Notes: generated by a model not told the origin, from the letters alone. Shown: positions 50,254-59,423, counted from the whole stretch's first letter. The stretch is DNA of 60,968 bases, filler included, from 7 parts of 7 records of this genome joined end to end with filler, not necessarily neighbours in it, one strand, 5' to 3'. Numbers and translations are program-made.

Positions 50254-51107
50254 TAAAATACCTTCTTTATATATTAGTTGCGTGTTTCTTTTTAATTTCC
50301 TGTGATTATTTCAAACAAGAAACGAAGAAGGATCCAATTGCACGTGTAAATAATAGCTATTTATATAAAGAAGATATAGCTAAATTAATTACCGAAAATA
50401 CTTCTACAGAAGACAGTACGCTAATTATTAACAATTACATTAACCGTTGGGCTACACAGCAATTACTTATAGATCAAGCACAAATTAATCTAACAGCAGA
50501 TAAGTTACAGCAATTTGAGATGCTTGTTCAGGAGTATAAAAATGATTTGCTTACTGAAGCCTATAAAAATGTAATTGTCGATAAACAAATAGACAGTGTT
50601 ATAACTGAGGCGGAGTACAAAGAGTACTATGAAGCAAACAAAGAAAATTTCAAACAGAAAGATTTTTTGGTGAAGATGCGCTATGTACAATTACCTTCAA
50701 ATTATGAAGGAATAGCTTCTGTAAAAGAAAAACTAAATCGGTATAACGATAAAGACAAAACATCATTAAACAGTCTTAATTATCAATTTATCTCTTCAAA
50801 TTTTAATGATTCCGTTTGGATAAAAAGAGACGTACTCTACAATGCGTTACCAGTTATAAAAGAACGTAGTGATGAAGTGTTAAAAAAATCTAATTTTTCA
50901 CAATTGCAAGATTCATTAGGAGTATATTTGGTGAAAATTGAAAATGTGCTCAATCCCAATGATATAGCACCTCTTTCCTATGTTAAGCCTATTTTGAAGC
51001 AAATTATTTTGAACAAAAGAAAGCTTGAGCTTATAAAAAAATTAGAAACAGATATTACAAAAGATGCTATTGAAACAAATAATTTTGAAATCTATAAAAA
51101 TGACTAA
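50250..51107 (+). CDS. PPIase-related lipoprotein
   Basis: LISC lipobox and IARVNNSYLY; coupled within the PPIase operon. Confidence 0.8.
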   Translation: MIKYLLYILVACFFLISCDYFKQETKKDPIARVNNSYLYKEDIAKLITENTSTEDSTLIINNYINRWATQQLLIDQAQINLTADKLQQFEMLVQEYKNDLLTEAYKNVIVDKQIDSVITEAEYKEYYEANKENFKQKDFLVKMRYVQLPSNYEGIASVKEKLNRYNDKDKTSLNSLNYQFISSNFNDSVWIKRDVLYNALPVIKERSDEVLKKSNFSQLQDSLGVYLVKIENVLNPNDIAPLSYVKPILKQIILNKRKLELIKKLETDITKDAIETNNFEIYKND

Positions 51108-52536
51108 ATTTTTATTGATCCTACTATTTTCTACCACCATGCTACAAGCCCAAACTGTATTGGAGCCAGATAGCACTGGAGTTGTAAAAAGCAATGACTC
51201 GCTGTTAGTGCAACAGCTTATACAGCGTGATTCACTAAAACCCTTTAAAAGATATAAAGCAGAAGGTGTAAGTGCCGTTGTTGGTGAATACGTTATTTTG
51301 GATAGCGATATCGATAAGTCGTATGTTGAAATGAAATCGCAAGGAATGTCAATTGAAGACGTAAGCCGTTGCCAATTAATGGGGAAATTAATGGAAGATA
51401 AACTATATGCACATCAAGCTAAGCAGGATAGTATATTGGTTCCGGATGCAGAGATAAACGGAATGATAGACCAGCAATTACAATACATGATTAGTGAATT
51501 GGGTAGCGAAGAGAAAGTAGCTCAATACTATAGAAAAGATAATTTAGCACAACTTAGAACTGAACTTTTTGAAGCTAATAAAAGCATAAAGCTAGCGCAA
51601 TTGATGCAGCAAAAAGTGATTGAAAAGGTTGAAATTACTCCTGAAGAAGTAAGAACTTTTTTCTTTTCAATTCCGGAAGATGAACGTCCTGTTTTTGGTG
51701 CAGAAATAGAAGTAGCACAAATAGTTATTGACCCAGAAATTACGGAAACAGCAATTGCTGAGGTTGTTGCAAGACTTAACTCCATTAGAGCAGATATTAT
51801 AGACAACGGCACTAGCTTTTCAACCAAAGCGGTTTTGTATTCAAAAGATCCTGGTTCCGCTTCAAAAGGTGGGCTTTATACAGGTGTGAAAAGGGATTCT
51901 CCTTGGGCAAAAGAGTTTAAAGATCAGGCGTTTTCATTGTTAGAAGGTGAAATTAGTGAGCCTTTTGAAACAGAATTTGGCTATCATATTTTATATGTTG
52001 AAAAAATTAGAGGTCAGGAAGTTGATGTTAGACACATACTAATGTTTCCTGAAGTTTCTCAAAATTCAATAGATGCTGCTCAAAAAGAAATAGAAGATAT
52101 AAAAACAAAAATAGAAGCAGGCGAAATAACTTTTGCAGAAGCAGCTATTGAAAGTTCTGATGATAAAGAAACTCGAAATAATGGTGGACAATTAATTAAC
52201 CCAGTTAATTTTGACACCAAATTTGACCTTACTAAAATGGATCCAACCTTAAGTGCACAGGTTTATAATCTTAAAGAAGGTGAGGTTTCAAAAATATTTA
52301 CAGACCGTGATCGTACTGGAAAAAGTAGTTTAAAAATATTGACTGTTACAAAAAAGTATGAAGAGCATAAAGCCGATTATGCTAAAGATTATGAACGTAT
52401 TAAGCAGTTAGCACTTCGTGAAAAGCAGATTAAATCTATTAACAAGTGGCAGAACGAAAAAATAAAAGATACGTATATTAGCATCAACCAAGATTATCAA
52501 GACTGTGAATTTTCAGGAAATTGGTTGAAAAAATAA
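51100..52536 (+). CDS. surA: SurA-like peptidyl-prolyl isomerase
   Basis: SAVVGEYVILDSD SurA N-terminus; FGYHI and VRHIL motifs. Confidence 0.88.
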   Translation: MTKFLLILLFSTTMLQAQTVLEPDSTGVVKSNDSLLVQQLIQRDSLKPFKRYKAEGVSAVVGEYVILDSDIDKSYVEMKSQGMSIEDVSRCQLMGKLMEDKLYAHQAKQDSILVPDAEINGMIDQQLQYMISELGSEEKVAQYYRKDNLAQLRTELFEANKSIKLAQLMQQKVIEKVEITPEEVRTFFFSIPEDERPVFGAEIEVAQIVIDPEITETAIAEVVARLNSIRADIIDNGTSFSTKAVLYSKDPGSASKGGLYTGVKRDSPWAKEFKDQAFSLLEGEISEPFETEFGYHILYVEKIRGQEVDVRHILMFPEVSQNSIDAAQKEIEDIKTKIEAGEITFAEAAIESSDDKETRNNGGQLINPVNFDTKFDLTKMDPTLSAQVYNLKEGEVSKIFTDRDRTGKSSLKILTVTKKYEEHKADYAKDYERIKQLALREKQIKSINKWQNEKIKDTYISINQDYQDCEFSGNWLKK

Positions 52537-52548
52537 TAACGGAAATAT

Positions 52549-53502
52549 ATGTCAGACGTAGCAGCGGTACAACAACTGGTTTCAAAATATAATGCCCTTC
52601 GCCAGGAAATTAAAAAAGTAATTGTAGGTCAGGATGAAGTAGTTGAGCAAGTTTTACTCGCTGTTTTTTCTGGTGGTCATGCATTACTTATAGGTGTTCC
52701 AGGTTTAGCAAAAACCTTGTTAGTAAATACAGTCGCTGAAGCTTTAGGACTTAAGTTTAAGCGGATTCAGTTTACGCCAGATTTGATGCCGAGCGATATT
52801 TTAGGTTCCGAAATTTTAGACCAAAATCGTGAGTTTAAATTTATTAAAGGTCCAATTTTCGCAAATATTATTCTTGCGGATGAAATAAACAGAACCCCTC
52901 CCAAAACCCAAGCAGCACTTTTAGAAGCAATGCAAGAACGCGCTGTTACTGTTGCGGGTCATCATTACAAATTAGATTTACCATATTTTGTTTTAGCAAC
53001 TCAAAACCCAATAGAGCAGGAAGGTACTTATCCGTTACCAGAAGCGCAATTGGACCGTTTTATGTTTGCTATTAATCTGGAATATCCTTCATTTGCTGAA
53101 GAAGTAGAAGTTGTAAAGCAAACCACCATTGGTGAAACAAAAACTGTGAATGCACTTTTCTCAGCTCAGGAAATTATAGATTTTCAGCAATTAATAAGAA
53201 GAATCCCTGTAGCTGATAATGTTGTTGAATATGCAGTTACTTTGGTTGGGAAAACACGTCCAAATAGTTCAACAGCGACTGATATTGTAAAAAACTATAT
53301 TGATTGGGGCGCTGGTCCAAGAGCTTCACAAAATTTAATACTGGCTGCAAAAGCGAATGCAGCACTGCATGGTAAGTTTTCACCAGATATTGAAGATGTG
53401 CAAAAATCTGCAATTGGAATATTGCGCCATAGAATGATAAAAAACTACAAAGCAGAGGCTGAAGGTTTAAGTATTGAAGAAATAATTAGAAGTTTGTACT
53501 AA
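52549..53502 (+). CDS. MoxR family AAA+ ATPase
   Basis: GVPGLAKT, RIQFTPDL, ADEINR, ATQNP and LDRF motifs. Confidence 0.95.
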   Translation: MSDVAAVQQLVSKYNALRQEIKKVIVGQDEVVEQVLLAVFSGGHALLIGVPGLAKTLLVNTVAEALGLKFKRIQFTPDLMPSDILGSEILDQNREFKFIKGPIFANIILADEINRTPPKTQAALLEAMQERAVTVAGHHYKLDLPYFVLATQNPIEQEGTYPLPEAQLDRFMFAINLEYPSFAEEVEVVKQTTIGETKTVNALFSAQEIIDFQQLIRRIPVADNVVEYAVTLVGKTRPNSSTATDIVKNYIDWGAGPRASQNLILAAKANAALHGKFSPDIEDVQKSAIGILRHRMIKNYKAEAEGLSIEEIIRSLY

Positions 53503-53685
53503 AACAATGCTCTTTTTTCTTTGAAGACTATTTCATTTTAAAACCAAAACATTTTCAAATTCTTAATTTTTCACATTAAAAATTATCGATTTAATAATTT
53601 TATGTAAAAAATAATGCTATTTAATGAATATAATTCATTAAATAGGCAATTTCATTAAATATTTTTTAAATATTTTAAAATTTTG

Positions 53686-53693
53686 TACTTTTG
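53686..53693 (+). promoter_or_regulatory. Bacteroidetes -7 promoter element
   Basis: TACTTTTG 20 nt upstream of the aconitase start. Confidence 0.6.
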
Positions 53694-53713
53694 CAACACC
53701 AAAAAATATAACT

Positions 53714-53914
53714 ATGGCTTTTGATATTGACATGATAAAAAAGGTTTATTCCCAAATGGCTGAACGTGTAGATAAAGCACGTGAAATCACAGGAAAACCA
53801 CTAACCCTTTCAGAAAAAATATTATACTCCCACCTTTGGGACGGAAATCCAAACAAAGCTTTTCTAAGAGGAAAAGATTATGTGGATTTTGCACCAGATA
53901 GAATTGCTTGTCAA
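53714..53914 (+). CDS. Aconitate hydratase, N-terminal fragment
   Basis: [13 protein letters not shown]...[16 protein letters not shown] (mitochondrial-type aconitase). Confidence 0.9.
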
Positions 53915-54014
53915 NNNNNNNNNNNNNNNNNNNNNNNNNNNNNNNNNNNNNNNNNNNNTTAATTAATTAANNNNNNNNNNNNNNNNNNNNNNNNNNNNNN
54001 NNNNNNNNNNNNNN
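53915..54014. other. Artificial contig spacer
   Basis: N44-TTAATTAATTAA-N44. Confidence 0.99.
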
Positions 54015-54136
54015 TGATCGTGGAAGCTCCCCAACGCAGAGCCATACCTCTTGAACGCCGCGGCTGCCCTGGCGGCATCCTGTGCCAGGGCAGCGAGCGT
54101 CGCGCGTGCTTTTTCGATATGCGGATTCTTTCTCAT
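54015..54136 (-). CDS. Hypothetical phage protein, N-terminal fragment
   Basis: Manual translation MRKNPHIEKARATLAALAQDAARAAAAFKRYG; ATGA overlap with the upstream gene. Confidence 0.55.
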
Positions 54137-54312
54137 CGCTTCTCCTCAAGTGTTTCGCCACAGCGACCACAGCGCTTCACGCCGTCCTCTTCTGTCATGG
54201 AGCCAGGGACGTGCTCTCGCCGACCTTCCTCACACACCGGACACCACCACCCCGCGTCGCTGTTGCGTGATCTCGGGCGCCTGTTTCTCGGCCGCTTCCT
54301 TCGTCTTGCCAT
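54133..54312 (-). CDS. Arg-rich C4 zinc-ribbon mini-protein (not in ORF track)
   Basis: 59 aa MARRRKRPRNRRPRSRNSDAGWWCPVCEEGRREHVPGSMTEEDGVKRCGRCGETLEEKR; resembles 57637-57867. Confidence 0.75.
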   Translation of the reverse strand: MARRRKRPRNRRPRSRNSDAGWWCPVCEEGRREHVPGSMTEEDGVKRCGRCGETLEEKR

Positions 54313-54324
54313 TGCTCTGCTTTC

Positions 54325-55317
54325 TCACTTCTTGTTGTCAGGTGGAGATGATTTGCCGCGCACCTCGAGCCAGATCGATGTCTCGCCTCGACTCGTCTCT
54401 TCGCCCCATTCCGCATCCCACTGCTGGGCCTTGAGCTCGCTCACGATCTCATCGAGCGCGGTATCAAGAGGCACTCCGACATGGTAAAGCTCGATGGACA
54501 GGTCGAGCTTGAAGGGCACCCCGGAACGAAAGCCTTTGTGGACAAGGGGATCGAGGTGCTGGCGCGCTCTGTAGCACTCGGCGCTTTTGTCTTGATTGCG
54601 TTTGGTGTGGTACTCGTCGACGCTGGGGAAGCTCGTGATCATCGCGTCAGGATTCGCCTGCTTCTGTCGATGCAGCGCCGCCCATTTCTCGGGTGGTGCT
54701 TGTAGTCCGCACGCCTTGCATCGCCTCGTGCCAATCATGTCCCTGGCCATCGCGATATCGGTGCCTCCGCACCTCGGGCAACTCTTCTGAAGGTCGCTGC
54801 TTTCCATCCCTTTCTCCCATGCAAAGGTGTTCGGATGTGGACACGTCAGGACACCAGTGGCTTCGAAATCTGGGTCGTCGCGGACATCGCCATAAGGGAC
54901 CGCGAGCGACATGTTCACCTCGTCGAAGTCTTCGATCTCTTCGAAGGTCTTGAACTCCGCCATGGGGTCCGACATCCGCTTGATAAACGCTGGCTTCAAC
55001 TCACCGGGCATCTTGTCTTCTGACATGCTCTGTTCTCGTTTGATTCGTGCGATGTGCTCCAACGCTTCCTGGCCACGCACCTCGTTGTCCTCGTACTGGA
55101 CGTAGGCATCGCCGGGGTCACCATGCCCACAGCACGCGTTGAGCGCGCCGGGGATGGTCCCGAGGCAGCCATCATGCCCCTCGGGGGTGTTGGCGAGGCC
55201 GCAATGGCCACAGCCACGCTGCTCCCACGTCGGGCTCACCGGCTCCAGGGTGTCTGCGTAGAGCCAGACACCTGAGCCCTTGATGATCTCGTGACCTCTG
55301 AACCTGTCCTTCTTCAC
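54325..55317 (-). CDS. Multi-domain Cys/His-rich phage protein
   Basis: CGHC...GHDGCLG...NACCGHG N-terminal domain; internal CPRC...CKAC; AGGAG RBS. Confidence 0.75.
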   Translation of the reverse strand: MKKDRFRGHEIIKGSGVWLYADTLEPVSPTWEQRGCGHCGLANTPEGHDGCLGTIPGALNACCGHGDPGDAYVQYEDNEVRGQEALEHIARIKREQSMSEDKMPGELKPAFIKRMSDPMAEFKTFEEIEDFDEVNMSLAVPYGDVRDDPDFEATGVLTCPHPNTFAWEKGMESSDLQKSCPRCGGTDIAMARDMIGTRRCKACGLQAPPEKWAALHRQKQANPDAMITSFPSVDEYHTKRNQDKSAECYRARQHLDPLVHKGFRSGVPFKLDLSIELYHVGVPLDTALDEIVSELKAQQWDAEWGEETSRGETSIWLEVRGKSSPPDNKK

Positions 55318-55329
55318 ACCGATCTCCTG

Positions 55330-55701
55330 TCAAACGTCGAGAGCAAGGCGTTGGCGCGCCAGGGCCTTGCAAACCGCGTCGTAAAACATCGGCGGTCCGC
55401 CAATGACATGGATGAGCGCGCTGCATACCTCTGGCCTGGAGAAGTACGTCGTCCGCCTGAGCTCCTCGACAACATCCGCGACGAGCCTGGCCATATCCTT
55501 ATCCGTCAGGGCGATCGGCTGAAGCGCTGATGTGAAGGCTTGCAGCTCCTCTGGAAGAGGCAAGGTCGCCGTGTACCTGAATCGACATGTCGAGCAATCG
55601 CTCGACACCTCGGTGGCCTCTCGATTCCTCTCCTCTACTTGACGCCAAAAACTTCGGAGCATCTCCTCTGCTTCTGTGTCCCAACGCTCTGAATGCATCA
55701 T
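55330..55701 (-). CDS. Hypothetical phage protein
   Basis: AAGGAG RBS before ATG 55701. Confidence 0.65.
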   Translation of the reverse strand: MMHSERWDTEAEEMLRSFWRQVEERNREATEVSSDCSTCRFRYTATLPLPEELQAFTSALQPIALTDKDMARLVADVVEELRRTTYFSRPEVCSALIHVIGGPPMFYDAVCKALARQRLALDV

Positions 55702-55738
55702 GACTTCTCCTTCCAAAGCGGCCTCGACGTGATGAGCC

Positions 55739-56176
55739 TCACCACTTGCCCTCTGCCTTGAGTTCCTCGACGATCTCCGCGTACTCCGTGCGTTTGCCTT
55801 CGAGGTGCATCATGGTCGCGAGCACCTGCGCGACATGCCTCTTGAACCCGTAATCGGTCATCTGAACCGTGATTTCGAGAAGGCGACCCGTAGCCACCGA
55901 GGTGTTGGCGACCGTGAGGTTCACGGCGCAATGATGTTCGACTCCAAGCCTCACGTGAGAACAGCCGAGCGCCTGCACGATGTTTTCGCCATGGATCTCG
56001 AGACCCGCCATCGCCTCCTCTACCCCCTCGACACACACGAGGCTCTCCTCGTATTCGTCGAGGAGTTCGAGGCAACGCTTGGCGTGGTGCTTCACGTGAT
56101 CGATGTCGTTTTTGCATGTGATAAGCCGATCACAGCCCTCGAGCCATTCTCGGATTTGTGCGAGTTGTTCGCTCAC
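55739..56176 (-). CDS. Hypothetical phage protein
   Basis: GTGA overlap with the upstream gene; start trimmed to MSEQLAQ. Confidence 0.65.
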   Translation of the reverse strand: MSEQLAQIREWLEGCDRLITCKNDIDHVKHHAKRCLELLDEYEESLVCVEGVEEAMAGLEIHGENIVQALGCSHVRLGVEHHCAVNLTVANTSVATGRLLEITVQMTDYGFKRHVAQVLATMMHLEGKRTEYAEIVEELKAEGKW

Positions 56177-56754
56177 TGCCGCGCTCCGTTTGAGGCTTCG
56201 ACTCCAACCACGGGCACACCGGGGCCAAAGTTGTGTATATAAGCTGGCAGGCATGGCCACCCTGCGAGCCTGGCATGCAGGTTAAATACGCCTGCCTCCA
56301 AGACATTGCCTTCGACAATGGTCACATGCCACATCGCAGGCGTCATCGAGGTGTCCCACTGCATCACCAGGAGTTTGCGCAAGCCAAGGCCCAGGCAGAC
56401 ATGCATCGATTCCCCAGGCTCTCGCTCCTTGATCGCGCATTGCCACGCCCAGGCGCCAAGCCACATCGCCGCTGTCCAGCGCGGGTTCATGACCCAGGGT
56501 GCTTCTTCCTCGATGCGACTGGTGAGCGCGTGGACGCCAGCGGATGCGAAGTCTGCCCACTCCACGAGCTCGGCGCCGTTGTGAGTCCCCTGCTCGAGCT
56601 CGCGGCGAACCTTCTCCAGACCAGCCAGCCTTTCATCCCCGTCGAGCATCGAGAGGCTAAAAACGACCCAGCCGAACTGATCTGGATCCCTACGGGTCGC
56701 CGCGACCGCCGCCCTCATCTCTCCGAACATGTCGATATGCGTCGCTTGACTCAT
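56173..56754 (-). CDS. Hypothetical phage protein
   Basis: ATGA overlap with the upstream HAD gene. Confidence 0.65.
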   Translation of the reverse strand: MSQATHIDMFGEMRAAVAATRRDPDQFGWVVFSLSMLDGDERLAGLEKVRRELEQGTHNGAELVEWADFASAGVHALTSRIEEEAPWVMNPRWTAAMWLGAWAWQCAIKEREPGESMHVCLGLGLRKLLVMQWDTSMTPAMWHVTIVEGNVLEAGVFNLHARLAGWPCLPAYIHNFGPGVPVVGVEASNGARQ

Positions 56755-57251
56755 CGGGACCCCTCGCCGGAATTCATTCGCGCGAGAACGCGCTCGACCA
56801 ACTTGTCTGCGAGCTCCCTCGTGAGACCCTCGCTCGGGTCCGTTTGGATGACGATGAAGCCACGCTCGCGCAGCTCAGAAACCTCGGTGGAATCGTCGAG
56901 CACGACAGGGAGCCAATCACCCTCGGTTTGTTCGAGCCACGCCAGGATATCTCCGACGCGCGACCCGGTATGCGGTGTGCCGCTCGCCGGCATGAACTTG
57001 CGCGTAAAGCCCTGGCTCCACAGCAGATAGACGAGTCCTCGAGCATGCCCAGGCATGAAGCGACGTTGCTCCGACGAGAACACGAGCTCGAGATCCTCGA
57101 GGGTATCAAAGATCACGTCGAGCAGCTCGACCTTCTCGGGATCGAGCATCGCCCGATAAAGCTGTACCCTGGTCAGAAGCCTCGTGTCTCGCGCGAGGTG
57201 AGCAGGGTTGTTCAAGACCCCATCGATATCGAGAAACAGCACAGGCTTCAT
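56751..57251 (-). CDS. HAD-superfamily protein (HAD_SAK_2-like)
   Basis: VLFLDIDGVLN, LVFSS, VVLDD and TDPSEGLT motifs. Confidence 0.85.
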   Translation of the reverse strand: MKPVLFLDIDGVLNNPAHLARDTRLLTRVQLYRAMLDPEKVELLDVIFDTLEDLELVFSSEQRRFMPGHARGLVYLLWSQGFTRKFMPASGTPHTGSRVGDILAWLEQTEGDWLPVVLDDSTEVSELRERGFIVIQTDPSEGLTRELADKLVERVLARMNSGEGSR

Positions 57252-57640
57252 GGTGCGACACCTACCCAGTTCAAGACAGCCCCGAGCAACCAGAGCGCCA
57301 TGAGCATCGCGGGACTAAACAGGAGCTTTTCCACCGTCTCACCGAGACTGAGGCTCAGGTCAGGCTCCTGGACCTTCTTCGTGTCTCGCCGGATGAATAT
57401 CCGGGTGATCAAGACGAGCCCGAGTGCATGCACCACGCCAATCTCTACGGTCCCGAGCGGAGCTACAAACCAACCCCACATCCAACTCAACACCCACGCC
57501 TCGAGCAGAAGCAACAGCGGCAGGCAGAGCCAAAATGCGTAATAGAAGCGCCAGAAAAAGCCTGGTTCGAGCTCGATGAGGGGCGTGTCCCATACCGAGA
57601 CCTCCTCCGCCTCCTCTTTTTGGTCTTCTGCTCGGATCAT
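57248..57640 (-). CDS. Phage membrane protein (about three TMs)
   Basis: WVLSWMWGWFVAPLG...HALGLVLI; ATGA overlaps on both sides. Confidence 0.7.
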   Translation of the reverse strand: MIRAEDQKEEAEEVSVWDTPLIELEPGFFWRFYYAFWLCLPLLLLLEAWVLSWMWGWFVAPLGTVEIGVVHALGLVLITRIFIRRDTKKVQEPDLSLSLGETVEKLLFSPAMLMALWLLGAVLNWVGVAP

Positions 57641-57867
57641 TCTCGCGTCATCTCCTCGTAGGTGGGGTTGTCGAAGTCCCCTCCCGCCGATGGCTTTCTG
57701 TCCCAGAGCACGGTCTTGCAGCACGCACAGATCCTCGTGTTGCCCTCGTCTCGAATGCCTCGCGGGTTCCGATTCTTGCCTTGTCCCCAGCGCCTCCGGC
57801 CTCGCTCACAGCTCGGGCACCACCATCGTGCTCTTCCGCGTCTCTTTCGCTTTTTGCGTCGCGCCAT
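57637..57867 (-). CDS. Arg-rich C4 zinc-ribbon mini-protein
   Basis: MARRKKRKRRGRARWWCPSCERGRR...RICACCKTVL; AAGGAG upstream. Confidence 0.75.
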   Translation of the reverse strand: MARRKKRKRRGRARWWCPSCERGRRRWGQGKNRNPRGIRDEGNTRICACCKTVLWDRKPSAGGDFDNPTYEEMTRE

Positions 57868-57883
57868 CTCTTATCTCTCCTTG

Positions 57884-58396
57884 TTACCGACCACGGCCCC
57901 AGGCCGCCATCAACGCATTGTTCCACTGGCTGATGAACTCTGCCGAAGCAAGCCCTGGAAAAGGTCTGAGCTGCCTCGGCACGTAGAAAGTCTCTCCAGC
58001 ATCAAAGTTGGTGTGGACGCCTTCGATGCCGCTTTTGTGCACGGGATCCGAAAACGTGGCGGGATACCAGAACTTGATGGCAGATACCGCGATTTTCAGG
58101 TCCTCGTACGCGACGCGCTCGAGCACGACAAAAGCCCCGTCCGCGTAAACTCTCGTGACCAGCAACCCGACATCCGCGGCAATGCTTTCTTGATTTCGTT
58201 CCTCGAGCTCGTTGACGAGCAGGTGCCAGAAAACGGGGGTCATCTCTGCTGGATCGAGCTCGCGATCCTCGCCAAAGAATCGGTCGAGGACACTGAACCA
58301 GTCGGGGAAAGCGGGCAGGTCGAGAAACAGCTCCTCGAACCTGCTCATCACCTCTGGCGACACGTTCCCGAGTTCTTTCTTGCTGCCCCAGTTCAT
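57884..58396 (-). CDS. Hypothetical phage protein
   Basis: Start trimmed to MNWGSKK at an ATGA overlap. Confidence 0.65.
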   Translation of the reverse strand: MNWGSKKELGNVSPEVMSRFEELFLDLPAFPDWFSVLDRFFGEDRELDPAEMTPVFWHLLVNELEERNQESIAADVGLLVTRVYADGAFVVLERVAYEDLKIAVSAIKFWYPATFSDPVHKSGIEGVHTNFDAGETFYVPRQLRPFPGLASAEFISQWNNALMAAWGRGR

Positions 58397-58554
58397 CGAC
58401 TCACCATCAAGCAATGATCCACCGAATGCAGCGCGCGACAACTGCTGTAAGCAAGCAGCGTCCACAGCACGAGGAACGTGACCAGCACCACGACGAGCAC
58501 GCCTGTCGTGAGCGTGGCACGCTGCCTCGAGTCCATGTCTTTGATCTCTTGCAT
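58393..58554 (-). CDS. Small single-TM phage protein
   Basis: MQEIKDMDSRQRATLTTGVLVVVLVTFLVLWTLLAY; TGATG and ATGA coupling. Confidence 0.6.
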   Translation of the reverse strand: MQEIKDMDSRQRATLTTGVLVVVLVTFLVLWTLLAYSSCRALHSVDHCLMVSR

Positions 58555-58664
58555 CACCAGATCCTGTAGAAGGCAAACACCAGGTCCATAAGCCAATCGA
58601 TGAGCGCCAGCGCCGCTCCGATCGGGAGCCCGGCGAGGATGACAAACACGTTTCCAGTATCCAT
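58554..58664 (-). CDS. 36-aa hydrophobic peptide (not in ORF track)
   Basis: MDTGNVFVILAGLPIGAALALIDWLMDLVFAFYRIW exactly fills the gap between coupled genes. Confidence 0.55.
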   Translation of the reverse strand: MDTGNVFVILAGLPIGAALALIDWLMDLVFAFYRIW

Positions 58665-58667
58665 GGT

Positions 58668-58997
58668 CTACCCCTTCTTTCTTCTTCGGCGCCTGTGTCG
58701 GCGCACGATCTTGACCTTCTTCGGCGCCTCGAAGCGAACCTCAAGCTTCGTGCGCCGACTTCTGCCAACAGGCTTTGCCCATAGTGTCACCTTGGCGCCG
58801 CACACCTTGAACCACTTGCACGGCAGCACATCCCCGACCCCGAACACCCTGGAGCCCTCGGCGGTCTCGAGCTCGAAGGCGACCGTGGAGCGACCAACGA
58901 ACTCGATAAACGTCAGGGTGACGCCCGCCTCCGGGTCCTCACCTACCCAGAGATCGATGGAGTCGCCAATGTTTGCTTTCAGCCTGAGATACGCCAC
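58668..58997 (-). CDS. CsrA/RsmA-like protein with internal insertion and Arg-rich tail
   Basis: N-terminal YLRLKANIGDSIDL and C-terminal LEVRFEAPKKVKIVR resemble the two ends of CsrA. Confidence 0.5.
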   Translation of the reverse strand: MAYLRLKANIGDSIDLWVGEDPEAGVTLTFIEFVGRSTVAFELETAEGSRVFGVGDVLPCKWFKVCGAKVTLWAKPVGRSRRTKLEVRFEAPKKVKIVRRHRRRRRKKG

Positions 58998-59000
58998 GGA

Positions 59001-59423
59001 TCACTCCCCCTTGACCACAGCCTGTGGTGTGAGCTCGACGCCGCAGCCCTGCTCGACCTGTCTGTAGAGCAAGAAGGTGCGAGAGAGGTAGGGCTCGAGC
59101 GTCACAGCAGCTTCCTTGTGCGCGCGAGCCCTGGCGACGATGGCGTCAGCCTCGGCGAGCGTCTCCTGTGCCTTGACCCAGGCTTTCCCCTTGGCCCTGG
59201 CCTCCTCGGTGCGGGCCTCGATCCTCGCCTCCTCGAGCGCCTGATTCGCCTCGGTGATGCGCCGCTCCCAGCGCGCATCTATCTCTTTCGCGGCGAGGTA
59301 CTCTTGCAACGCAGAGTTACCCCAGGACGCGAGGGGATACACCACGAAGATGCCGAGGATGAAGCAACACGTCAGGTAGCCGAGGAACCAGGGCTCGATG
59401 GTTTTTTTCTGGTCAGAAGACAA
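59001..59423 (-). CDS. Single-TM coiled-coil phage protein
   Basis: N-terminal TM, Ala/Glu/Arg coiled coil and AEADAIVARA...FLLYRQVE. Confidence 0.7.
   Translation of the reverse strand: MSSDQKKTIEPWFLGYLTCCFILGIFVVYPLASWGNSALQEYLAAKEIDARWERRITEANQALEEARIEARTEEARAKGKAWVKAQETLAEADAIVARARAHKEAAVTLEPYLSRTFLLYRQVEQGCGVELTPQAVVKGE

Noticed and set aside
57884..58768. 294-aa ORF as a single gene
   Set aside because: Its 5' part overlaps three better-coupled genes; the ATGA-coupled start at 58396 is preferred.
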